This document shows, piece after piece, positions 37,415 through 45,095 of a stretch of 45,095 bases of DNA. How positions within the stretch are numbered: position 1 is the first letter of the stretch; every line of letters starts with the position of its first letter. Made by a program: the position numbers and the translations under genes. The notes under the pieces are model-generated. The model saw only the letters and a program-made list of their open reading frames with translations. It was not told where the DNA came from and ran no database searches. The stretch is taken from contig JAPLDX010000057.1 of the NCBI GenBank assembly GCA_026391215.1, positions 1 to 45,095 of the forward strand, given 5' to 3'. The DNA comes from Bacteroidia bacterium (GTDB taxonomy: Bacteria > Bacteroidota > Bacteroidia > Bacteroidales > VadinHA17).

Positions 37415-38380
37415 TCAGCTTTCGGTTCTTAATGATTCTCCAATGAGGCCCCTGCCGAATTTGTTAAAAAGACCTTTTTCCCTGATCTCCTTTACGATAT
37501 TATCGAGGATACCGTTGACAAATGTACTGCTTTTTGACGTACAATAGTATTTTGCAATTTCAATGTATTCATTGAGAGTTACTTTGACAGGGATTTCCGG
37601 GAATTCAAGGATCTCGGTTATTGCAAGCCGCATCACCAGGATATCCATCAGGGCAATACGCTCCAATTCCCAGTTAGTGGTATTATTATCAATTAATTCA
37701 GAACCTTTTTGAGTATTCAGCACAGCTTTTGTAAATAAAATTTTTACAAAGTTCTCATCCTCTTCATTTTTAAACAAAGGTATTAATGCTGTCTTTTCAC
37801 CTGAATCGGCTTTAAACTTTTTCAATGTCTTTTCAATCATTATGATGACATACTCCATGTCATCATTCCAATATATGCTCTGTTCCTCAAGACAATTGGC
37901 AAGATCTTCCGAATTTGCCAGCAGATCATTTACCAGCCTGAGTACAAATTTTTTATCCATCTGGTAATTATTTTCAGGAGAATTCATGTATCCCTCATAT
38001 ACATCCCATGTTATCATCTTAGTATACAGAAGACGGACGATATGGGAAAAATTGACCCATGATAATTTGTTGGCAGAAACATATTTCTGAAACTCCAGGT
38101 TTTTTCGCAGCTGGGCAATGACCCTGTTATTGACGAAGCGAAGATTGGGATTCAGGTCTTCCGGAAAAGGAATTTTTTTCTGCCGGGCCTGGTCAATTTT
38201 TTCTGAAGAAATATCCGAAAGTTCCATGACAAGCAGCATCAGGTAATGGTAAAGATTGTACGTCTTCTCAATGCTGAACATTAGCTCTTTTTCAGCTCTG
38301 GCCAGATCATTATCTTCCCTGCGGTTAAAAGCATAAAAAGCCATCAGTGCTTTTATGCGCAACAATCTTCTGCTTATCAT
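37415..38380 (-). CDS. nusB: Transcription antitermination factor NusB (long Bacteroidota form)
   Basis: MISRRLLRIK; NWELERIALMD; PVKVTLNEYIEIAK; FVNGILD. Confidence 0.94.
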   Translation of the reverse strand: MISRRLLRIKALMAFYAFNRREDNDLARAEKELMFSIEKTYNLYHYLMLLVMELSDISSEKIDQARQKKIPFPEDLNPNLRFVNNRVIAQLRKNLEFQKYVSANKLSWVNFSHIVRLLYTKMITWDVYEGYMNSPENNYQMDKKFVLRLVNDLLANSEDLANCLEEQSIYWNDDMEYVIIMIEKTLKKFKADSGEKTALIPLFKNEEDENFVKILFTKAVLNTQKGSELIDNNTTNWELERIALMDILVMRLAITEILEFPEIPVKVTLNEYIEIAKYYCTSKSSTFVNGILDNIVKEIREKGLFNKFGRGLIGESLRTES

Positions 38381-38406
38381 CTTTAAAGAACCTGTTTTTT
38401 CCGCTG

Positions 38407-38505
38407 CAAAAATACTCTTTTTCCGTTACCCTCAAAACAACAATGTAAAATTTCGGAGCAATTGAACAGCCTTATTTTGATTTGAAAAAATAATTGTTAC
38501 ATTTG
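38407..38505. promoter_or_regulatory. Divergent Bacteroidota -7 elements for the nusB operon and the PUR gene
   Basis: TATTTTTG on the minus strand (38414-38407) and TACATTTG on the plus strand (38498-38505) with TTTG upstream. Confidence 0.55.
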
Positions 38506-38544
38506 ACAATACAAAATAACATTCTAACCTTAACAGACTTAGAA

Positions 38545-38946
38545 ATGGAAGAAGAAACCGGAGCAAAAGAAGATCTGAACGGGAGTGAGGAAAAAACTCA
38601 GAAGGAGGAGATTTTCACCAAAGTTGTCCGTGCGGGTAAAAGAACCTATTTCTTTGATGTAAAAGCTACCAGGAAAGAAGACTATTACCTTACTATTACT
38701 GAAAGCAAAAAACGTTTGGGCAAAGAAGGTAAGTTCTTCTATGAAAAGCATAAGATCTTCCTGTATAAGGAAGATTTTGAGAAGTTTACTGAAGGTTTAA
38801 AGGATTCAGTCGCATATATTGACAATAGCAGGGATGATCTTAAAGTTTCAGCTCCTGCAACTGAGATGAAAACAAGTGACGAAAAGCAGACTCTGACCAC
38901 GGAAGAGTTCACAAACATAGAGTTTGATGATCTCGGTAAAAAATAA
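38545..38946 (+). CDS. PUR-family (DUF3276) single-stranded nucleic-acid-binding protein
   Basis: VRAGKRTYFFDV; YLTITESKK; EKHKIFLYKEDF. ATG 38545 lies downstream of the promoter element. Confidence 0.9.
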   Translation: MEEETGAKEDLNGSEEKTQKEEIFTKVVRAGKRTYFFDVKATRKEDYYLTITESKKRLGKEGKFFYEKHKIFLYKEDFEKFTEGLKDSVAYIDNSRDDLKVSAPATEMKTSDEKQTLTTEEFTNIEFDDLGKK

Positions 38947-38984
38947 AGCCGACTTCGCTAACCTTTGCCTTTATTATACTCTGA

Positions 38985-39464
38985 ATGTCTGATTATATCC
39001 TTCTTATATTAGGTATTATCATGATGATAGTCGGAATTATCGGCTGTCTTGTTCCGGTATTGCCCGGACCTCCGTTAAGTTACCTGGGATTAATAATGCT
39101 TCACCTGTCAAAGTTCGGCCAGTTTTCGAAAAGCGTCCTGATAGCCCTTGTTGCCGTAACGATAGTTGTCACAATACTTGATTATATTGTGCCCATCTGG
39201 GGTACAAGAAAATTCGGAGGCTCAAAATACGGGATGAGAGGTGCAACAGTGGGACTGGTAATAGGCTTATTCCTGGGACCTGTCGGTATTATCGTCGGGC
39301 CTTTGATAGGAGCCATAGTAGGCGAACTTATATTCAAGGATGACATGAAATATGCCCTCAAAGCAGGATTCGGAAGCCTGCTGGGTTTCCTGACCGGGAT
39401 CGGCCTGAAGCTGGCTGCCTCGTTTGTTATGACATTTTACTTTGTCAAGGAGTGGATAGCGTAG
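38985..39464 (+). CDS. DUF456 (YqgC-like) membrane protein
   Basis: PVLPGPPL; GTRKFGGSKYG; GPLIGAIVGE; four hydrophobic segments. Confidence 0.88.
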   Translation: MSDYILLILGIIMMIVGIIGCLVPVLPGPPLSYLGLIMLHLSKFGQFSKSVLIALVAVTIVVTILDYIVPIWGTRKFGGSKYGMRGATVGLVIGLFLGPVGIIVGPLIGAIVGELIFKDDMKYALKAGFGSLLGFLTGIGLKLAASFVMTFYFVKEWIA

Positions 39465-39659
39465 CCACCATCACCGCTTACACGTACCCACCCCTTTTTT
39501 CCCCTCCCTGCTTCGCAAGGAGGGGAAAAAATGATTGCATATATTAATGATTATTAGACAATTAATAAAAACAAAGCCCCCTTCCTTGGTTCACCAGGGA
39601 AGGGGGGTTGGGGGATGGGTACATGCATCCTTATGATAGCGTAGCCACCATCACCGCTT
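39455..39659. mobile_element. Putative non-autonomous miniature element (39480-39634) flanked by 25-bp direct repeats
   Basis: GATAGCGTAGCCACCATCACCGCTT at 39455-79 and 39635-59; imperfect terminal IRs (39481-94 and 39611-25); two hairpins (39495-39531, 39577-39606) around an AT-rich spacer. Confidence 0.7.
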
Positions 39660-40629
39660 TTATAGTATGAAGTCTGTTCCCGGCTTCGTCAAATACAATA
39701 GAGTATTTTGATTCAAAGACATCCTCGGTGACTTCCATGCCGTCAAGACCAAATTTTTTAAAGATCTCCTCTCCTACCTTTGTTTCCCTGTTATGAAAAG
39801 CAGGCAGGCAATGAAGGAATCTGACATCCGGATTGCCAGTTTTGCTGATCACAGACATGTTGATCTGGTATGGTCTTAATAGTGTGATCCTCTCTTCCCA
39901 GACAGAATCAGGCTCTCCCATTGATACCCAGACATCAGTATAGAGAAAATCGGCACCTTTCACAGCCTCATCCACATTTTCGGTGATCGTAATTTTTGAG
40001 CCTGTTTTTCCGGCAATCTCCCTGCACTGTGTAACCAGATCTGCCGATGGCTGATATGCTTTCGGAGCTGCTATCCTGAAATCAATTCCCATTTTCGATG
40101 AAATGACCATTAGTGAATTACCCATGTTGTACCTTGCATCTCCAAGATAACATAAAGCCATCCTGTTAAACGGCTTTGCACAGTGCTCAGTCATTGTCAG
40201 AACATCAGCGAGTACCTGGGTCGGGTGAAATTCATTTGTAAGTCCGTTCCATACAGGCACACCTGCATATTTTGCCAGCTCTTCAACACTTGCCTGGCCA
40301 TAACCGCGATATTCAATTCCATCGTACATCCGGCCAAGAACCCTTGCAGTATCCTTCATGGATTCCTTATGTCCTATCTGCGAACCGCTGGGACCGAGAT
40401 AGGTAACATTAGCTCCCTGGTCATATGCGGCCACCTCAAATGCACACCTGGTTCTTGTCGATGATTTTTCAAAAATCAGTGCTATATTCTTTCCTTTAAT
40501 ATATTGCTTTTCCTTTCCTGCCTTTTTAGCCTTTTTCAGCTCTGATGCAAGATCAAGAAGGTACTTTATTTCTTCAGGAGAAAAATCTAATAGCTTTAGA
40601 AAGTGTCTGTTTTTAAGATTTAGTTTCAT
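39631..40629 (-). CDS. argF: Ornithine carbamoyltransferase (likely catabolic, ArcB-like role)
   Basis: STRTRC; HPTQ; DVWVSMG; HCLP. Own TATCTTTG element at 40665-40658. Confidence 0.94.
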   Translation of the reverse strand: MKLNLKNRHFLKLLDFSPEEIKYLLDLASELKKAKKAGKEKQYIKGKNIALIFEKSSTRTRCAFEVAAYDQGANVTYLGPSGSQIGHKESMKDTARVLGRMYDGIEYRGYGQASVEELAKYAGVPVWNGLTNEFHPTQVLADVLTMTEHCAKPFNRMALCYLGDARYNMGNSLMVISSKMGIDFRIAAPKAYQPSADLVTQCREIAGKTGSKITITENVDEAVKGADFLYTDVWVSMGEPDSVWEERITLLRPYQINMSVISKTGNPDVRFLHCLPAFHNRETKVGEEIFKKFGLDGMEVTEDVFESKYSIVFDEAGNRLHTIKAVMVATLS

Positions 40630-40671
40630 TGCTAAATAAAGTAAAAAATTTGACAGGCAAAGATAATAATA

Positions 40672-40750
40672 AAATGGCGTCAGGCATCAGGCTGCTGGTG
40701 ACGGGAAGAAAATAATACTTGCTCGTCCTGTTGCCTGAAGCCCGTAGCCT
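40672..40750. repeat. Inverted heptamer arrays between arcC and argF
   Basis: ..GGCGT CAGGCAT CAGGCTG CTGGTGA CGGG, then an AT spacer, then CCTGTTG CCTGAAG CCCGTAG CCT. Confidence 0.7.
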
Positions 40751-41717
40751 ATCTCCTATCGTCTTCGTACTCCAATGTGATCTTTGATCCGAATTTTGTA
40801 TCGGCGAGTTTGAATGCTTCAGTGATGACACTTATCTTCCCGCCGTTTTTAATAAAGTTGAGACAAGCCTGTATTTTTGGGGCCATGCTCCCCTTTGTAA
40901 ATTGCCCCTCATTCAGGTACTTAAGGGCATCAGCATAATTCAGGAATTCTTTTATCTCCTGACCGGGCTTCTTATAGTTTATGTAGATGTAAGGCACATC
41001 GGTAAGGATGTAAAATTCATCAGCGCCTATTAGGGTAGCCAGAAGCGACGATGCGAGATCTTTATCAATAACAGCTTCAGCAGGTCTTACATCCTTCTTT
41101 TCATCAACATATACCGGGACTCCGCCTCCGCCGGCAGCAATAACTATATTACCCTGCTGTGCCAGATCCCTGATGATTGAGTGATTAAAGATATTCACCG
41201 GAACCGGGGAGGGAACAACACGTCTGAACCCGCCGTCCTGCTTTACCTCCTCCCTGAAGGTCCACCCCTTTTTTAAAGCAAGTTCATCAGCCTGTTCCCT
41301 GGTATATATCTTCCCTATTCTCTTCTGCGGATCACAAAAAGCCTGATCGTTGATATCAACCAGTACAGAAGTTACAACACAAACTATATTCTTATCTATT
41401 CCATTTTTATTCAGTACGTTCCTGAACATTCTTTCGATCATATAACCAATACCACCCTGCGAATCAGCGACACAAATATCGACGGGCATCTGGGCGATAT
41501 TATACATTTGTTCACCGGCATCATTGCGCATCAGGATATTTCCAACCTGCGGCCCGTTGCCATGTGTCAGGACAAGATCATAGCCTTCCCTGATCAGAAA
41601 GACAAGATTTTCAAGGGTTGCAGTGGTATTATCTTCCTGTTCATCTATTGTTCCAACCTGTTCGCCTCTTAAAAGAGCATTGCCTCCAAGAGCAACTACA
41701 GCTAATTTCTTTTTCAT
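40749..41717 (-). CDS. arcC: Carbamate kinase
   Basis: ALGGNAL; THGNGPQVG; RRVVPSP; GGGGVPV; EAVIDKD; GSMAPK. Confidence 0.96.
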   Translation of the reverse strand: MKKKLAVVALGGNALLRGEQVGTIDEQEDNTTATLENLVFLIREGYDLVLTHGNGPQVGNILMRNDAGEQMYNIAQMPVDICVADSQGGIGYMIERMFRNVLNKNGIDKNIVCVVTSVLVDINDQAFCDPQKRIGKIYTREQADELALKKGWTFREEVKQDGGFRRVVPSPVPVNIFNHSIIRDLAQQGNIVIAAGGGGVPVYVDEKKDVRPAEAVIDKDLASSLLATLIGADEFYILTDVPYIYINYKKPGQEIKEFLNYADALKYLNEGQFTKGSMAPKIQACLNFIKNGGKISVITEAFKLADTKFGSKITLEYEDDRR

Positions 41718-41789
41718 ACAGCAATTTTACAATTTTGAACTGAAATTAAAAAAAAATGTTACTTTTACATAATTCTAAAAATCAGGGTT

Positions 41790-42479
41790 GTGAGATTCAG
41801 ATCCGGACTAATCGTTGCAATGATCTTTGCAATAACAACGGGAATTTCCTGTAAACATAGTGGGGGAAAATATATTGACCAGGGAGAGATTCATTATACT
41901 ATTGAGTATATTGGCGATGTAGGGATGGTCCCAAAAGAATACATGCCAAGGAATCTCATAGTCTCTTTCAAGGACGATAAAATACTGTTTGATATCTCGG
42001 CTCCTTTCGGCAGTATAGGTATATATAATCTCGCCAATCCTCATAAGGGTATCTATGATACTTATATCAGCCTGCTTTCATTGAAATATTATTATGCATC
42101 AAAGCCCGGTGAAATAAATCCCGGATTTGAGACAATGAAAGGCATTGATATAAAAAAGACCTCCAGATCTACTGTTATCTGCGGTTTTAACTGCAAAAAC
42201 GCTCAAGTAACATTTCCGGAAGACAGGGATAAAGTGTATAATATATGGTATACCAATGAGATAGATGTTAAGAATCCAAATGTTTCAACTCCATTTAAGG
42301 ATATTGACGGAGTTCTAATGAGCTTTTTCTTCTTCATGGGTACCGCTGAAATGCAATTCACTGCCGAAACAGTATATAAAAAAGAGATCCCCGATAAAAC
42401 TTTTGAAAGAAGACCAAAATACTTACAGGTTTCAAGGGAGGAGATCGACAGCTTTATTAATAAGATGGGGAGCCTTTAG
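41790..42479 (+). CDS. Hypothetical lipoprotein (GLPGLI/DUF4412-like)
   Basis: Lipobox GISC; ICGFNCKNA; IWYTNEI; IDGVLM; IPDKTF. GTG start. Confidence 0.6.
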   Translation: MRFRSGLIVAMIFAITTGISCKHSGGKYIDQGEIHYTIEYIGDVGMVPKEYMPRNLIVSFKDDKILFDISAPFGSIGIYNLANPHKGIYDTYISLLSLKYYYASKPGEINPGFETMKGIDIKKTSRSTVICGFNCKNAQVTFPEDRDKVYNIWYTNEIDVKNPNVSTPFKDIDGVLMSFFFFMGTAEMQFTAETVYKKEIPDKTFERRPKYLQVSREEIDSFINKMGSL

Positions 42480-42480
42480 G

Positions 42481-42617
42481 AAATGGCATCAGGCATCAGG
42501 CGATTGTAATTAAGATACTTTAAAATCAGAGGGTTATTGTTTGACCCTTTTTTATTCCGCCTGATTCATTTATATGTACTATTTTACCTGTAGCCTGCAT
42601 CCAGTAGCCGGTAGCCG
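42481..42617. repeat. Inverted heptamer arrays enclosing a terminator-like hairpin
   Basis: GGCAT CAGGCAT CAGGCG, then AGGGTTA/TGACCCT plus a T run, then CCTGTAG CCTGCAT CCAGTAG CCGGTAG CCG. 42481-501 matches 40672-92 at 20/21 nt. Confidence 0.7.
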
Positions 42618-42664
42618 AATTTTGATTTATTTATTACCTTTGGGATGCATTTTAATTGCCTATT

Positions 42665-45085
42665 ATGAACAAGGGGAAGGAAGAGGATAAGAAAAGATCC
42701 AATAAAACTACAAAGGAAAAAAGCAAGTCATTTTTTACTGATGAAAGGATTAAGTTTATATTCGGGATCCTCATAACAGGTTTTGCATTATATCTTCTTA
42801 TTGCCTGCATATCATACCTTTTCTGGTGGAAAACCGATTCCAGTCTTCTTCATTCAGAAGTAGTTTCAGGTCCTGAAATTGTTGTAAAGAACTGGGGGGG
42901 AAAAGGAGGTCACTTCCTTGCAGAATTAATTATTAAATTCGGTTTTGGCTTTGGAGCATTTTTTATTCCATTGATATTCGGCGCATTAGGACTGTATCTG
43001 TTGAATTTTCCCAAAATCAGGCCATGGAGTCTGGCAGCCAAATTTGCTCTTGCCGCAATTATTCTTTCACTTCTTCTAAGTTTTATATTTGGAAAGGATA
43101 ATACATACCTGGGGGGAGGTCCAGGAGGTACCCAGGGTTACAAAATTACCGAGTGGCTGAATGCTTTCATGGGCAAAATAGGAACTGGAATTGTATTCAC
43201 ATTGCTTACTATTACCTACCTGATCTTTGCACTGAGGTTTTCTCCATCATCATTCAGCCTTAAATTACCTAAGTTCCTTTCGTTCAAAAAGCACGGGGGA
43301 GAGGACGAGGAAACACCCGTAACAGAACCTGAGACAGTCGTTGATAATCAAGCCAAAGCTGATGAAAGCCCGGTTGAGTTCCTGGTAAAGAACAGAACAC
43401 TGCCAACAGACATTGAGGACGATGAAAAGCCTGATGTAATAATCCCGGCAAACGGATCACTGATACGTGACCTGGATCATGACAAACAACCTGATCCTCC
43501 CATAAAAAAGACGATGGATATTGATATTACTAAACCGGAAGCCAATGATGTCCTTTCGGATGAGGAGGTGAACGGGATGATGGAGAATTATGATCCGCGT
43601 CTTGATCTTTCCCGTTATAAGTTTCCCCCTGTTTCCATACTCAAGGAACATAAGTCACTAAGCGCTTTTGATAATAGCGAAGTATTGGAAAACAAGGAGA
43701 ATATCATAAAAACACTGGGTGATTACAAGATCAGCATAAAACATATTTCAGCTACAGTCGGGCCAACGGTTACCTTATATGAGATCATCCCGGAGCGGGG
43801 TGTAAAGCTTGCACGCATTAAATCACTCGAAGATGACATTGCACTAAACCTTTCTGCAATGGGCATCAGGATAATAGCTCCCATTCCCGGAAGAGGAACT
43901 GTCGGTATTGAAGTACCGAATAAGAAGCCTGAAATAGTATCAATGAGGTCTCTTATTGCATCAAAAGCATTCCAGGAATCGAAATTCGATATTGCTCTTG
44001 CCCTTGGCCGGACCATTACCAATGATCCATACATTGTTGATCTGACCAAAATGCCTCATCTTCTTGTTGCCGGTGCAACCGGACAGGGTAAATCGGTTGG
44101 GCTTAATGCTATCATAACATCAATTCTTTATAAGAAGCATCCATCAGAGCTGAAATTCGTTCTGATCGACCCAAAAAGAGTGGAATTAACTTTATATGAA
44201 AAAATAGAACGTCATTTCCTGGCAAAACTACCGGGAGAAGAGGACGCAATAATCACTGACACACAGAAAGTTGTCAATACTCTTTATTCATTATGCATTG
44301 AAATGGATAACCGGCTTGAACTCCTTAAGGGAGCCCAGTCACGCAATATTAAAGAGTATAATGAAAAATTTATATCACGGAAACTAAATCCTGAAAAAGG
44401 ACATAAATATCTGCCATATATTGTTTTGATTATCGATGAGTTTGCCGACCTCATAATGACCGCAGGAAGAGAAATTGAGGGGCCGCTCGGCAGGCTGGCA
44501 CAGGTGGCAAGAGCGATAGGTATCCATCTTATTATTTCAACCCAGCGGCCGACCACAAATATTATCACAGGCTTTATCAAGGCCAACTTCCCCACACGTA
44601 TCGCATTCCGTGTATTCTCATCAATTGATTCCCGAACCATCCTTGATACCACCGGAGCTGACAGGCTCGTTGGAAATGGAGACATGCTTATATCTTCAGG
44701 CGCTGAACCCGTAAGGGTACAGTGTGCATTTATTGATACTCCGGAAATTGAAGAGCTGACGGATTTCATCGGATCCCAGCAGGGTTATCCAGATGCAATG
44801 CATCTGCCTGAATATATTGACGACAGAGAATCAGGAGTGCTTGAAGTGGACCTCAAAAAGAGAGACCCTATGTTTGAAGAGGCAGCACGCCTGGTGGTCC
44901 AGCACCAGCAAGGCTCAACTTCGCTCATTCAGAGAAAGCTAGCTATTGGATACAACAGGGCAGGCAGAATAATAGATCAGCTCGAAGCTGCAGGCATTGT
45001 CGGACCTTTTGAAGGCAGCAAAGCCAGGGATGTACTTTGTTCCGATCTTTTCGTTTTGGAACAGATTTTGAAGGGTCTTGAGTAA
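42665..45085 (+). CDS. ftsK: DNA translocase FtsK
   Basis: N-terminal TMs; MPHLLVAGATGQGKS; IIDEFADL; STQRP; gamma domain STSLIQRKLAIGYNRAGRI. TACCTTTG at 42635-42. Confidence 0.97.
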   Translation: MNKGKEEDKKRSNKTTKEKSKSFFTDERIKFIFGILITGFALYLLIACISYLFWWKTDSSLLHSEVVSGPEIVVKNWGGKGGHFLAELIIKFGFGFGAFFIPLIFGALGLYLLNFPKIRPWSLAAKFALAAIILSLLLSFIFGKDNTYLGGGPGGTQGYKITEWLNAFMGKIGTGIVFTLLTITYLIFALRFSPSSFSLKLPKFLSFKKHGGEDEETPVTEPETVVDNQAKADESPVEFLVKNRTLPTDIEDDEKPDVIIPANGSLIRDLDHDKQPDPPIKKTMDIDITKPEANDVLSDEEVNGMMENYDPRLDLSRYKFPPVSILKEHKSLSAFDNSEVLENKENIIKTLGDYKISIKHISATVGPTVTLYEIIPERGVKLARIKSLEDDIALNLSAMGIRIIAPIPGRGTVGIEVPNKKPEIVSMRSLIASKAFQESKFDIALALGRTITNDPYIVDLTKMPHLLVAGATGQGKSVGLNAIITSILYKKHPSELKFVLIDPKRVELTLYEKIERHFLAKLPGEEDAIITDTQKVVNTLYSLCIEMDNRLELLKGAQSRNIKEYNEKFISRKLNPEKGHKYLPYIVLIIDEFADLIMTAGREIEGPLGRLAQVARAIGIHLIISTQRPTTNIITGFIKANFPTRIAFRVFSSIDSRTILDTTGADRLVGNGDMLISSGAEPVRVQCAFIDTPEIEELTDFIGSQQGYPDAMHLPEYIDDRESGVLEVDLKKRDPMFEEAARLVVQHQQGSTSLIQRKLAIGYNRAGRIIDQLEAAGIVGPFEGSKARDVLCSDLFVLEQILKGLE

Positions 45086-45095
45086 AAAGGAAACC

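Noticed and set aside
39455-39659. CRISPR mini-array or prophage att sites
   Set aside because: Only two copies, both made of coding sequence, with a 155-bp structured interval and no cas or integrase gene in the window.
39631-40629. Putrescine carbamoyltransferase (agmatine deiminase route)
   Set aside because: It retains the OTCase DVWVSMG loop and no agmatine deiminase is nearby.

Overview
About 45 kb of mostly core chromosome from an anaerobic Bacteroidota, probably Bacteroidales. This is inferred from TAnnTTTG-type promoters and the nusB-DUF1573-yajC-ybbR-coaE and phoH/DUF62 gene orders. Left to right the window holds: a beta-propeller/Y_Y_Y sensor kinase coupled to a paralogue that runs off the left edge; an uncharacterised glycoside-hydrolase-like gene plus a GH127/146 lipoprotein; a DPP-IV, split pntAB, aminopeptidase P run; an M28 peptidase; a four-gene group A3 [FeFe]-hydrogenase; ygiQ; a TPR protein; an ECF sigma triad; a LysM protein; purC; phoH; DUF62; mazG; speB; djlA; coaE; yajC; nusB; arcC-argF; ftsK. 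No rRNA, tRNA, CRISPR array or transposase was seen. Three things stand out. (1) The hydrogenase operon has two identical tandem Rex-like operators, and its small HndB/HydD-like subunit has no cysteines. (2) A 155-bp double-hairpin element sits between exact 25-bp direct repeats that duplicate the 3' overlap of two convergent genes; there is also a related GC-hairpin cluster in the mazG tail and a family of inverted 7-mer arrays, several with an IHF-like motif in the spacer. (3) A tandem sensor paralogue absent from the ORF track starts at position 97. All family calls come from motif recognition by eye, not from database searches.
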